From Eledone cirrhosa (lineage: Eukaryota), in assembly GCA_964016885.1 (NCBI GenBank), contig OZ024740.1:171120001-171184000 (forward strand): a stretch of 64,000 nucleotides of DNA. Direction: 5' to 3'. Under the pieces are notes generated by a model. That model ran no database searches and had not been told where the DNA came from. It worked only from the letters and a program-made list of their open reading frames with translations. Positions 13,946 through 27,056 of this stretch are shown one piece after another (within the stretch, counting starts at the first letter, position 1; each line of letters opens with the position of its first letter). Made by a program: the position numbers and the translations under genes.

Positions 13946-14064
13946 TAAAATTGATAGCGAATGGTCTTCTAAATGTTTTTAATTAAACATACAGTATATT
14001 GCCAAATATTCTATACATACATTCATGTATACATCGCTATTTCAGACCACCAATATTAATACCT

Positions 14065-14132
<68 letters not shown>

Positions 14133-14135
<3 letters not shown>

Positions 14136-14247
14136 AAAGAGTCAGGGCCCCCGACGGCTGAGCTCCGGCCGTTTCGACAGCTAGACCCTAAGTATCGAGT
14201 ACTCTGGAGGGTTATGGTCCACCTGGTTTCTTACCAAACTTTCTTTG

Positions 14248-14250
<3 letters not shown>
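14133..14250. repeat. Family C short repeat between (TA)n runs
   Basis: Homologous to 11189-11305 and 26898-27015. Confidence 0.7.
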
Positions 14251-14293
<43 letters not shown>

Positions 14294-14447
14294 AGTTTGG
14301 TAGAAATATACAAGGGTACGTGCATTCAGTCCATAAGACGAGTTAAGTATAATTAGTTTCATTATATAACAGACAGAATGAGTTGGGGTGTATAATCCAA
14401 CGCAACTTAAGTACCTGTATATTTCACTGCTGTAACTAATTGTATGT

Positions 14448-14522
<75 letters not shown>

Positions 14523-14669
14523 ATATATGTGTGTACATATTACTACAGACGTCAAACGCAATGGGGTATGACTTGCTTCCATGTAATATGCTGTCATTAA
14601 GGGTTTTAGGAGCAGATACAGACAGCTTCTCGATCCTTTGATCCAGCTCAACATCCATCTGGAAAAAGA

Positions 14670-14770
14670 GAAGGCTGCACCAGTATTTTCATTTTTGACC
14701 ATCAAAGGATGAAAGGCAAAGTGGACATTGGCGGGATTTGAACTCACCACAATATCCACACGCTTTACAG
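14670..14770 (-). mobile_element. SINE family S2 fragment
   Basis: ggatgaaaggcaaagtggacattggcgggatttgaactc shared with the S2 copies. Confidence 0.6.
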
Positions 14771-14824
14771 TTCATGTAAAATTGACTGCCTATACATATA
14801 TTTATATATATATATAAATATATG

Positions 14825-15030
14825 TGTGGCTAAGTGGATAGAGAATTGGATTCACAATCTTGAGGTTGTGAGTTCGATTCCTGGACCAGGCGATGCGTTA
14901 TGTCCTTGAGCAAGACACTTTATTTCACGTTGCTCCTTCTACCTGGAGTTGCGACTGATAGATAGTACTAGCAACTGGAAAGACCAACGGAAACATTGTT
15001 TCCTCGGTCCGATTTGACGAAAGTCGATCG
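14825..15030 (+). mobile_element. tRNA-headed SINE (S1 variant)
   Basis: tggctaagtgg (A box), gagttcgattcc (B box), tgtccttgagcaagacactttatttcacgttgctcc; homologous to 28464-28835. Confidence 0.8.
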
Positions 15031-15065
<35 letters not shown>

Positions 15066-15501
15066 TGTGTGTATGTGTGTGTGTGTGTGTTTCTATGTGT
15101 GTTTATGTGGAGTATGTTTGTGTATGTGTGTGTGTGTATGCATGAATGTGTATGTGTGCGTATGAGTATGTGTGTATGTGTATATGTGTGTATGTGTGTA
15201 TGTGTATGTGTATGTGTGTGCATGTGTATGTGAGTGTGTAACCAATGCCATCAATTCCCTTCACTTGAATGTAAACACATTTACACCAATCCAATGAACT
15301 AAACACAGTCCATAAGCCAACATTCATCCCAGTCATCAGGCCCATACTGCACAAATTAAAAATCTAATGTCCTTCAAAATCATAACTCACCATACCCTGC
15401 AAAACAACAACCGGCCTGCACAAATGTTTGTTATAGCATGATGGACGTCATCAGGCTGCATCCCCCGCTCTCTCTCTCTATCTATCTATCTATCTATCTT
15501 T

Positions 15502-15553
<52 letters not shown>

Positions 15554-15703
15554 GATATATGATGAATATGCTTCCCAGCACAAAAGCTCAATGGAGCATC
15601 AATAATTCAAATTAAAAGATATATGTATGTATATAGATACAAAGAGCCATCTATCGTTAGGTGGAAAATCTTCTCCACTTTAAAGTATGTCATTTTTATC
15701 AAA

Positions 15704-16140
15704 TACTACCAGTGGTACCCGGCGTTGCACAGGATACGGTATTTTGGAACGCGGGCCTACAACAGACCTAATCGGGAAAAACTGCATGCCTGGACAATAT
15801 GTAAAGAAAATTAACTGAATACTCTGATGGCTGGATAATCTTTAAGATTTTCCTCGATGAAGCAAGAAAAATGCAGGTTTCCACCTAATGCGGGCCCTAG
15901 GGGATCAAGAAAATGAATTTTTTTATGTGCTAGACATAACGCCTCCAAAAAGACCTAAGAAGCTGAAAAAATGAAGTTTACACCTAATGCCACCTAGGCC
16001 ACAAGAAAGTTGCATTTTCTTTGCTCACAGTATGAAGAAGAGACTGACTAATACATAGTTACAAGTTCAAGGAAATCGGTCTGACGTAACGCCTCAAAAA
16101 ACCCCTAAAAATGTTTAAAAACGCAGTTTTTCACCTAATG
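15704..16140 (-). mobile_element. Non-autonomous Helitron-like element, 3' part
   Basis: Homologous to 34780-35170; subterminal hairpin cccggcgttgcacagg next to a degenerate CTAG end. Confidence 0.65.
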
Positions 16141-16587
16141 TGTAAAGTCTCACAGTTTGTAAATATATCGCCTACTGCCAGCTAGCGTAAGGTCAGGTCG
16201 TTAAAATGACCCACACACAAACTGGTCGTTAGTAAAAGCGGAAATATTATAGACGTGTTGTTTGCCACGCTACTAAACATAGCAGTTAGGTACAACGCTT
16301 TACATCCTATAGAATGGAAATAGCTTTCTGAAGAGCCGATCTTTCCATTGGAAGTCCTTTGGATTTCCAAACTTTTGTGAGGCGAAACCGTCGGTAAAAG
16401 CAGTTTGGATAGGTAAATATTTAAATCATATTTTAATTTATTTAAAAGATTGTTTAATGTTTACTTGTTCCGCTCATCTCAATTTTATAGTCCTGGTATC
16501 TCAAATTAATACCATTGAACAACAAATGTATTATAGACACCCTATATATTTCCGTGGGTACTTAGAACCTGTGGGGATATTAATCTC

Positions 16588-16626
<39 letters not shown>

Positions 16627-17201
16627 GAAAACAGGGAGAAAAGGACGATTATTAGGAAGAAAAATATTTTTTTCCTTTTATTTTTTTCTCTTTTTTCTGG
16701 GTTAGAAAATGTTTAAAACAAAATATTTTACTTTGTGTGAAGTGTTAAGGTATTCGTTAATTTACTTACTAATTAACAATGGCATTTATTTATTTATTTG
16801 TTTATATATTTAATAATTGTCTATTACCGGTTTCAGCATTTTATGCATTATCAAAGGGGGGTATTTGTATCAATGTTGGAGAGAAAATAATGTGATGTAG
16901 AACAGGTTAAGGAAATGGGAAAGAAAGAATAATATTATTTACAAACAAGGTTTTGGAAGTAAAAAGAAAAAAGAAAAAAAGGGGGTTATGTGGAACATGA
17001 TAAGGTAATGAGAAAGAAAGAATATTATTATTTACAGGCATAGCTCTTGAGGATAAGCAGTTCAAAATGTGTTATTATTGCAAGAGCGCTTGGTTGGTCC
17101 ATATATATATGTACATATATAGACATATTCCTCTGCATCTTCCCATGCATTGAGTACTCCCCGGTCTCAGCATCGCAGACTCTCTCTCTCTCTCTCTCTC
17201 T

Positions 17202-17234
<33 letters not shown>

Positions 17235-17237
<3 letters not shown>

Positions 17238-17490
17238 AGTAAAGACCCCTACGAATGACAACGGGATTGCACCCTGAAAGTTCCCCTCTAAGGCATAGGT
17301 CCGGGCAAAGTTGTTTGTGGAAGTCCAGCAGTCACCCATGTATACCGGTCTCCTCTCTCCACGCCACCAATGTTGTCCAAAGGAAAGGCAATGGCCGATA
17401 CACCTTGGCATCAGTGACGTTGCAACTCATCTCTACAGCTGAGTGAACTGGAGCAACGTGAAATAAAGTGTCTTGCTCAAGAACACAACC

Positions 17491-17492
<2 letters not shown>
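17235..17492 (-). mobile_element. SINE family S1, headless
   Basis: Homologous to 4545-4800. Confidence 0.8.
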
Positions 17493-17533
<41 letters not shown>

Positions 17534-17999
17534 ACACACAATATATATATATATATATAAAAAACATGAGAAGAATAGAATACTGCGTGGTTGCACATGG
17601 GTTACATATGATAAAAATGGTCCTTCATCAGTGATTTTCCAGCCTTCATTGGTATTTCATAGCTTTAAAAATCATATACCTCCAATTGGTGCGAGCAATA
17701 GCTAAATAAAGCTATTGGGGCAAGTAAATCGCGTAAAGCGAGCGAGACAAGTAAACAAACATAGAAGGATAGCAACGCAAAGATAGGAAGAAACAAGCAC
17801 ATGGAGTCCGACAAGAAAAAGAAGCAATGGTGATGAAAGGTGTGGGTGTATACATATACATACATACAATCATACACACACACGCATACGTACATACATA
17901 CATACATACATACATACATACATACATACATACATACATACATACATACATACATACATACATACATACATACATACATACATACATACATACATACAT

Positions 18000-18610
18000 T
18001 ATGGCTGCCAACTCGTTTTCGAGTACGGCCACTACTCCATATCCATGTAGGAGAACCCCTACTGATGCGCTGAACGAGTGTGACTTTTTAGTCCAGCCAG
18101 CGACTTGAAAACTCTGGTACAAACACTACACTTGTGACAATTATTGACACATAGTGCCAGGCCCATGGTACCATGTGACGACAAGTGCAGAGAGATCTCC
18201 AGATATAAAGCAATGCTTGTGCCGTGAAGCTTTTATAGTGAGCAAAGGCACTGCACAAAGCCAGTCCCACTCTCTTAACTAAGATGATATTTACCAAAAA
18301 GAAGAACAAGTCAACATCATTGGATACCATCAGGGTTGCAGGTGTTATATCAGAGTTTTCCTTCTCCTAGAATTCTGCCTTGACAAAGGCTAAGGGGTCA
18401 TCTCTCCCGGTGATTTTGGATGGCCATTGACTCTTAAGAGCTCCTTTGCCCTTTGACAGGTTTTGTTTTTAGTCCTGCAGGATGTCCAAAGTCACCCTCC
18501 TCACCAAGAAACCTTGGTGGGGTTGCCAGTTTAGTCGCCAATGACCCGACCATGAGACAGGTTGTACTGGGATACATGTTACCAGTAGCACCAACTGGTG
18601 ACCTGACATG
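18000..18610 (-). mobile_element. Probable RTE-type LINE 5'UTR plus degenerate APE start, flanked by (CATA)n
   Basis: Minus strand ctaggagaaggaaaactctgat resembles RTE 5' regions; SVGVLL APE-like remnant. Confidence 0.45.
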
Positions 18611-18616
18611 AATACA

Positions 18617-18648
<32 letters not shown>

Positions 18649-18884
18649 CACACACAGGCCGGCGTTGGTGTTTGATGAGGTTGAGAACCTCATCAAACAC
18701 CAACGCCGGAGCTGTGGTATTTAATCTCCCTAGGTAATAAAATGTTCTCCTTACCAAAACAAAAACATAAATCAGGTCAACATCCTTACACACTTAAATA
18801 TAAATGCATGTATATATACAAATGTATAAATGCATAGCTATATATATATATATATTAATATTAATAATAATATTAATAATAATA

Positions 18885-19330
18885 AATTTCAAGACTAAAA
18901 TCCAAAGTGGGCTCGATAAGGATAAATATATATCAAATATATAAGAACCGTAGAGCAAATATTTATTAAAATAACAGATTAAAGTTTAAGCAAAGAATCG
19001 CTGCTTTCACCCTTAACGGGATCTTCTGAAACTAACAAAGTCAATCTGTAAACGCAGAAGTGGATATTTCAAAAAACGTTGCAACCGTTTCCACGAACCA
19101 AAGTATCGTCTTCCGGTTGCAACGTTTTTTGAAATATCCACTTCTGCGTTTACAGATTGACTTTGTTAGTTTCAGAAGATCCCGTTAGGAGTGAAAGCAG
19201 CGATTCTTTGCTTAAACTTTAATCTGTTATTTTAATAAATATATATATATATTTGCTCTTCGGTTCTTATATATTTGATATATATTTTCCTTATCGAGCC
19301 CTCTTTGGATTTTAGTCTTCAATTTTATTA
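18885..19330. repeat. Fold-back (about 200-bp arms), family B
   Basis: 18885-19088 is the reverse complement of 19113-19330; single arms recur at 38540-38710 and 39160-39330. Confidence 0.9.
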
Positions 19331-19334
19331 TTAT

Positions 19335-19393
<59 letters not shown>

Positions 19394-19717
19394 TATATTA
19401 TATATAATATATATTATACACACACACACACAGACACATATATATATATATATATATATATTTTCTTTTTCCAGTCTGGTCTACCTCTGGATAGAACTCA
19501 ATGTAATCTTGTAAAATCCATAGAGAAGTTCTGTGTTTCGCTAAATTAATTGTTTAGATACAGAGTCAGATATTAGGTATTAAATTAACAATAAAAATAA
19601 AGAAATTTAGTTATAAAATAACTTGACTTTGGTCTTTTTATTTTCATTGTTAATTTGATAACACACACACGCACACGCACGCGCACACACACTCACACGC
19701 ACACACGCACACACACA

Positions 19718-20075
<358 letters not shown>

Positions 20076-20299
20076 AAAAAAGTAAAGTGTATATATATAC
20101 ATATACATATATATATATATATGTGTGTGTGTGTGGAAGAGGGGTCTCAAACTGAAGGACATAAAAGAGCCATTACGTCCTGGAGGAGAGGCATAGTGGG
20201 CCAAACGTGGTGGTGGATGATGATTTTCACCAGTTGTAATCATCTCTACTATAGGCACAAGGCATGGAATATAGGGTTTAGGGTCCCGTCGATTACATC

Positions 20300-20455
20300 G
20301 ATCCCAGTTCACAACTGCTACTTAAGTTATCGACCCCAAAAGGATGAAAGGCAAAGTTGAGATCGGCGGAATTTGAACTCGGAACGTAAAAAAGGAAGAA
20401 GTACCGCTAAGCATTTCGCCAGATGTGCTAACGATTCCACCAGCTCACTGCCTTA
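20300..20455 (-). mobile_element. SINE family S2
   Basis: tatcgaccccaaaaggatgaaaggcaaagttga..ggaatttgaactc. Confidence 0.7.
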
Positions 20456-20499
20456 GTTTCACCAGTTATAATGGAATCTGAAATATTGGTTCTACCACG

Positions 20500-20543
20500 G
20501 GCCATAGAAAAGTAGTTCGCGGGCCGCATGTTTGAGGCCCCTG
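20500..20543 (-). mobile_element. hAT-like transposon terminus
   Basis: Minus strand CAGGGGCCTCAAACATGCGGCCCGCG resembles hAT MITE ends. Confidence 0.45.
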
Positions 20544-20568
20544 TTGGTGAGATAGATAGATAGATAGA

Positions 20569-20664
20569 TTTCTTTATTAGCCACAAGGGCGCAACAAGAA
20601 AGGGGACAATACAAAGACATGCCGGGGATTTTACATACAGTCGTGTAAAAAATATAAAAACAAA
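20569..20664 (-). mobile_element. About 95-bp 3'UTR-only copy of the Tx1-like LINE inside (GATA)n
   Basis: Homologous to 6467-6562; GATA repeats on both sides. Confidence 0.85.
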
Positions 20665-20731
20665 CAGATAGATAGATAGACGTGTACCAAACACACACAC
20701 ACATTTCTTACTCTCTCTGTCTCTCCCTCTT

Positions 20732-20790
<59 letters not shown>

Positions 20791-20856
20791 GTGTGTGTGT
20801 GTGTTAGTGTGCACGCGCGCGTGTATGTGTGTGTGTGTGTGTGTGTGTATCTATCA

Positions 20857-20920
<64 letters not shown>

Positions 20921-21369
20921 GATATAGATATTGTTTGTTCACTGTCACCAAGCATCTCGGTTCATTCGTTGCAACTTAGTGAGTGATCGAGGCACTTTAT
21001 TTTGCAAGGTACTATTTTTCCCTTGAGTTTGTGATTCAAGAAATTCTTCATATTTTGCATCTTTTGTATTTTGACTTTACAGTTTGAATTGTAGAATTGT
21101 CTATCCACTCAAAATATTACAACAGCTAACAGTGAAATATAGAATTTAAAAAAAAAAAAGCTTTTTCGACTGAGAAAATTCTGAGAACATTCACGTCTTT
21201 TTTTTTAAATATATAATTTGAAAATAGCTTGCTTTTGTTTTGGACTGAAACTTTTTTGTATTTAATTCGTACGAGTATTTTTTAAAGATCTTTTTAAAGA
21301 TTCTAACATAACTTGGTTTGGCCCAGTAATCTACTGATATTAAAATTAGTAGTATATTGAAAAATGGAA

Positions 21370-21445
21370 AAATAGGATAGGGGGCGTTTCGTGAATTTGA
21401 GGGGCAAAAGGGGGTGTTTGGCCGAAATGGGTTGAGAACCTTTGT
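21370..21445 (-). mobile_element. Possible hAT-like MITE terminus
   Basis: Minus strand CAAAGGTTCTCAACC with subterminal GGGG blocks. Confidence 0.35.
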
Positions 21446-22418
21446 GCTAGAGAAAGCAAGTTATACTCAAACCGAACATCAGCCCAGAGTTCGCTAAAGG
21501 AGCTTAAAGGTTAAATGGTGGTTATATAACTGGGTGATAGTAAATCTACCAGCAGAGGTGGAAGCGGGTTGTCCAATTGTCATATGATTACTCCTCTCTA
21601 TTTTGTGTTCCTTTATTCTGTGCTGTGACAGTTTAGTAATAGGTGTACACCATATGGATGTGTACTGTCCCGCAATCCATTCCTAAATTATATGTATTTA
21701 GCATTGATTACTAAAACACTTGAAATGGAGTCTTCCTTTCACATCTGGCCCAGTCTTATTACCTAATTTGCACGGGCGTCTATCTCTCTATCTATCTCTA
21801 TCTCCCTGGGGGTAATTCCCCGGTGATGAGACAACTCTTAGCCAATTCCGTACTTCTTAGTAGTATTATCTAATTTCTGTGCACAGTAGTTCAATTTCGA
21901 CTACCGCTAGCAGATAAAATCACAGAGACTAATGCATTGGTTCGGGGCCGGAAAATCAAATTTTCTACCCTCATGAAATCGTTTTTCATACTATTTAACT
22001 TAATAGTGTCCATTCTAATCTCCTTGGGTTGGTGTCTCAATGATACTGACTTTCTTAAATTATTGAGTGTATGGGAAAACGACAGACAGCTTTGTTTCAG
22101 CATCATATATATATATATATATACATAAAAGGAAAAAAGATGAAATCGAAAATGCAACTGGAGTCTTTTTTTTTTAAATATATATTCATTTGGTTCCTTT
22201 ACCGGTTTCGCAGTTCTTATGCTTTTCAAAAGTACAATTGAGATGGAGGTTCTGTGGTTTTTCTCACACACATATATATATATATATATATTGTTATACT
22301 TTGGGAGGGTCATGTTGCCAATAAGAAACACACGCACCAGTTGCTTTCACTTCAATTTATTATAAATTTCCGGTTGGTTGGTTGGTTGGTTCCACAACCA
22401 GATGGTTGTTCATATATT

Positions 22419-22462
22419 GTCAAAGTTCTTTCGTCATACATTCTGTGACCTCTTCAGTGACT
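22419..22462 (-). ncRNA. Minimal type I hammerhead ribozyme in the inverted pLTR
   Basis: Reverse-complement copy of 25300-25342. Confidence 0.6.
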
Positions 22463-22535
22463 GGGGATTCTTTTCTTTGTTTTGTGCCTCTCCTTTGTTC
22501 TGTCCTACGCCATCTTGTTTTTGAGTGTGTTGTGT

Positions 22536-25145
22536 AATGGCAGCAACACAGAGGTGAGGGACTGTAATAACAATGTGAGAGGTAGAGATGCTAATGACAA
22601 TGACAGGGGAGATAACCAGGACGAACATAGACACAAAATAGATTAGATAATAACAACGAGTCAGAGGGAAGGGACAGGATTAACAATGAGAGACATAGAA
22701 GCAACCTTGAAGCTGTTGGTAGAAATAAAAACAACACAACTAACAATAGCAATAGAACATATAACACAACCTGGAATTCCACTTTCTATCACGCTTCTGA
22801 TATGTCCTTCTACTTGCGACGAGTCCACGCCACGACTTTAGCTTTTAACAAACGCACGCAACTGCCGTCGCAGGTTGATGAACAAACAGAAGCACAATTT
22901 AATATAGTTAGATATAAACTTAGAAAGATTATAGAACAGTATAGCAAGAAACATAATAGAATGGAGGCCCAGCAACTGGGAGAAATATCCGCAAATGGCT
23001 TGCGTAAGCTCATGCAACGCTCACGTAATGGAGAGATTGCATGCTTTCCAACAGACAAATCTGGCAAAATGTCGGTTGACAGTCTGTCAAACTACATCCA
23101 GGAAATGCAACCCCACATCACCAACACAAGAGAGGTAACACCACAAGAGCATGAGGATAGGGAGAAAACCCTCAACGCTCATATGATGATGTGGACAAAC
23201 ATAATGCAGCCCAATAAACGGACTTCCAACAACTTCCAAGCCTGGAACAATGACGTGCCAGCGTTGTATGGGCTTCGAAAAGACCATAAGACGAACAGTG
23301 ACCCAGTCACAGGACCACCAACACGGCCAGTCTGTGGAGCTAATATTGCTAGCAACTACAGACTTTCCTACTTCCTCTCCCTGATCATACGCCCCATCAT
23401 TGAAATGTCCCCAAATATATGTGACAACACGGAGGACATCCTCAGCAGAATAAGCGAAAATAACCTGTCTATGGACCTAACAGACTGTATAATAGGTAGT
23501 ATTGATGTAGTGTCCCTGTAACCATTCATTGACGTAGATTTTGCTGTGGAGAAATGCGTGGAAATGATCAGTGGGAGCAATGTTGAATTCCGTGGGATTG
23601 ATACCAGTCAGCTGGGACTCCTACTTAAACTTACATACAATAATGAATACCTAGACACATATGACCTTAGCAACCTCTGCCCCACAAGGCCAGCAAGAGG
23701 CAGACCACCTACCATTACTTCAATGACCAAGAAAACCCACACAGAAAGATGGAACGGGTGGACCAGAGCCATACGGACCCTCGAAAACCATGATGAACTA
23801 AAGAAAATGATCGCACATGCGGTGGGGGCCAGTATAAAATTAACCCTTAACGAACATATGTTCAAATTTAATGGAAAAACATATGCCCAAGAGGAAGGAG
23901 CAGCCATTGGCGTTAGCATTGCAGGCAACATAGCTAACCTATTTATGGTATGGTGAGACAATAAACTTAAAAAACAATTAGAAGACAACAATCTCTTAAC
24001 CCTGATTATGTACTCCCGCTACGTTGATGATATAAACATCGTAGTAAAAACACCCCCACTAGAGAACAGTCAGGAATTAGAGAAAAACACAATGGAAAGT
24101 ATTCAGTAAATAGCTAACTCCATCCACCAGAGTATCAAAGTTACTATAGACTACCCAAGCAAACACCCCAACTATCGATTACCTGTATTAGACACAGAGC
24201 TCTGGTTAGAAACCATTAATAACATAAAACAAATCCTTCATTCCCATTATGCCAAACCCATGACTTCCAAATACCTGATCCACCGAAACTCAGCTGTTTC
24301 GGATCACACCGAAATCAACATACTGATTGCGGATTTAGTAATGGTGATGAGAAACGTGTCCCGCATGTGCAACCCCAAAGAATTAGAGAGACACATACAA
24401 CACTTCATCCACCGTATACAATTCTCTGGCTACAATCAGAGAGATAAAATCAGAGTATATAGAGGAGCCAGAACCAAATAGGAAAAAATGTTAAATGATA
24501 CAAATGGGACCTAGCCCCTTGTATAGGAGCAAATTTTGGAATAGAATAGAAAGAACTAGGAATAAGGTTAATAAAATAAACTCATGGTATGATAGCAATA
24601 AATACCAGAGTGTAATGTTCACCAATACAACCCCTAGAGGTGAACTAGCTTACAAATTTAGAAGGGCCCTAGATAAACTTAAACTAAATATTAAGATAGT
24701 AGAAAGACCAGGTACCTCCATAAAAACACTTATTAGTAATACATACCCTTTTCAAAGACCTCTCTGTATAGCTAGGAAATGCATAATCTGTAAGCCCCCA
24801 TATTAACTGTAAAACTAGTAACATAGAATATAGCATAAGATGTACTGAGGGACAATGTAAAAATAAGAATATAATGTACATAGGTGAGACAGCTCGTAGC
24901 ATAGAAGAACGATTAAATGAACACTGGCGAGAACTCCTAGAGAACATAAGGGCAAATTAGAGAACATAGAGATAAAAATAGAATCTACACACAGAAAAGA
25001 CGCAATGTTTAGACAAATCACAGAGACAATAAACATGAATGAACTCCAACCAAAATTAAATAGAAAACATGAATGGCATAGCAACATCACAACTTATAAT
25101 TTAGGACAAAATGAAAACACACACACATAGAACAAACAACTAACT
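22536..25145 (+). pseudogene. PLE reverse transcriptase + C-terminal GIY-YIG endonuclease, several stops and frameshifts
   Basis: PTDKSG, LYGLRKDHK, PTRPVCGA, SIDVVSL, QEEGAAIG, RYVDD (about 24018), LPVLD, and IEYSIRC..MYIGETARSIEERLNEH (24820-24925). Confidence 0.9.
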
Positions 25146-25299
25146 AGTAACATGTAAATAAACAAATAAATAAACAAATAAAAACACACACAGACACCCG
25201 GATGTAACACATGCGCAAACTAAGCACACAACACACACAAAAACAAGATGGCGTAGGACAGAACAAAGGAGAGGCACAAAACAAAGAAAAGAATCCCCA

Positions 25300-25342
25300 G
25301 TCACTGAAGAGGTCATAGAATGTGTGACGAAAGGACTTTGAC
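25300..25342 (+). ncRNA. Minimal type I hammerhead ribozyme in the pLTR
   Basis: gtca-CTGAAGA-g-gtca..tgac-GAAA-ggac-TT-tgac; stems I and II pair, stem III very short. Confidence 0.65.
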
Positions 25343-25523
25343 AATACTTTGACAACCATCCGGTTGTGGAACCAACCAACCAACCGGAAATTTACAATAA
25401 ATTGAGGTGAAAGCAACTGGTGCGTGTGTTTCTTATTGGCAACATGACACTCCCAAAGTATAACAATATTGGTTTCAACACACGTTTTCAGATAAAGAAT
25501 CTTGCTAAATAAATTCAGAAACG

Positions 25524-25571
<48 letters not shown>

Positions 25572-25581
25572 CTGAAACAAA

Positions 25582-25631
25582 GCCTCCTGATGATTTCTCC
25601 CGAATGAAACAGTTCTAATCCTGTAGAAGCC
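25582..25631 (+). ncRNA. Type I hammerhead ribozyme, mini-element family A
   Basis: gcctc-CTGATGA-tttctcccgaat-GAAA-cag-loop-ctg-TA-gaagc. Confidence 0.65.
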
Positions 25632-25654
25632 ATTTCTATATTAAATATATATAT

Positions 25655-25840
25655 AATTGTTTCTACTCTGGCACAAGGCCAGTAATTATCAGTGCATTAC
25701 TGGTACTTTATTTTATCGACCCCGTAAGGATGAAAGGCAAAGTCAACCTCGGTGGGATTTGAACTCAGATCGTAAAGGGACGTAACTATGCTGGAAAGCA
25801 TGGCGTCCGACCCTCTACCGATACTGCCAATCCACCATCA
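25655..25840 (-). mobile_element. tRNA-headed SINE family S2
   Basis: Near-identical to 33375-33576 and 52647-52835; B box gagttcaaatcc. Confidence 0.85.
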
Positions 25841-25903
25841 TATATAATATCTATATATATCCTTCTCTTTCTGTACAATATATATGTATGTGTGTACATG
25901 TAG

Positions 25904-25967
25904 GTGTAGAAATGCTATCCAGAATTCTCCGGGTGCGGAATATGCAGAGATTACCAATTATTGTTTG
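25904..25967 (+). CDS. Candidate internal exon of host gene (xCRNAIQNSPGAEYAEITNYCL)
   Basis: tAG acceptor, GTAAGC donor, 64 nt, phase 2 to 0, compatible with exon 10267-10309 (AT|G = Met). Confidence 0.4.
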
Positions 25968-26535
25968 GTAAGCTTAAGTGATTTAACGTTTAGCAAGTTT
26001 TTTAATAGAGTTCTATGCCCAGACACACACATGCACAGTCTCAATGGCACACATTCACACATAAAATGGCATAAAAGTTATTGATTTGCATATATCGTCC
26101 TTCTCGGTTAAAAGACTTTAAAGTTTATTATTTCTTTGTTTCTTTGTTTTGTTTTGATTTATTAATCTCAAGACCTTTTTGTTTAAGTTGTTTTGTTTTG
26201 TTTGTTTTTTTTGTTTTGTTTTTTTTCTGTTTCATATTTTTCCTTCTTTCTCACTAATGAACTCCTGTCCTATTTTTCTGTCTTATATTTTCGTCCCATG
26301 ATTCTTTCTGATTTACATAACTGCTCCCCGGTGGTTTTATCATTGACGTAGGCCCAAACAAATTAGTGTAGTTCTATTGAAGCTAACTTTCAACCTTATA
26401 CAATAATTATTGACAAAGGTGAACATGTCTGTTCCCTTTATTTAAATTATCAGATGGTGCATCTTTTGCATATAACTTCATATCACCAACACGACGAACA
26501 TAAAATTCTTACAACTTACTGCTACATGCATGTAT

Positions 26536-26603
<68 letters not shown>

Positions 26604-26897
26604 CAAATATGTGGAAAGCAAACAAGTAATGAAAAAAATGTTACTTACTTTAATGTCCCTACTGCAGTTTCATTGGGAAAATAACGATACTCCGTGTAGA
26701 GTATCGCAGGAAATCCCAAATCATCGTACATACATATATATATATATGTATGTATGTATATTGAGAGAGAGGGGTGGAGGTACCAGTTTAAACTAATGAA
26801 ACCATTGTTCGTTCTCGATAATTGAGAAAGTCACGTGTACATACATACATACATTCATACATACAAGTTTTTTAACCTATATATATATATATATATA

Positions 26898-27011
26898 TAG
26901 GAACGAGTAGGACTCCGATGGCTGAGCTCAAGCCGTTTCGACGGCTAATTCTGGACTAAATTCCGCTAAGCTCAAGTTCTTTCCACCTGGTTCCTTACCA
27001 CATTTCCTCCG

Positions 27012-27015
<4 letters not shown>
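26898..27015. repeat. Family C short repeat between (TA)n runs
   Basis: Homologous to 14133-14250 and 53412-53470. Confidence 0.7.

Positions 27016-27054
<39 letters not shown>

Positions 27055-27056
<2 letters not shown>

Larger units (their letters stand above)
11780..14030. repeat. Inverted-repeat arms (11780-11860 / 13946-14030) of a fold-back element hosting the Chapaev3-like insertion
   Basis: tttggcaatatac..agaagaccattcgctatca is the reverse complement of tgatagcgaatggtcttct..gtatattgccaaa. Confidence 0.75.
22288..25526 (+). mobile_element. Penelope-like element (Neptune-like) with inverted 5' pseudo-LTR
   Basis: 22288-22535 is the reverse complement of 25225-25470; RT and GIY-YIG inside; (TA)n on both flanks. 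Confidence 0.9.

Noticed and set aside
14825-14890. tRNA-like sequences (also 4805-4875 and 52647-52740)
   Set aside because: SINE heads followed by repeat bodies; no complete cloverleaf.
23954-23956. In-frame TGA in the first Penelope RT as possible selenocysteine
   Set aside because: The element has several other stops and frameshifts; TGG>TGA decay is sufficient.
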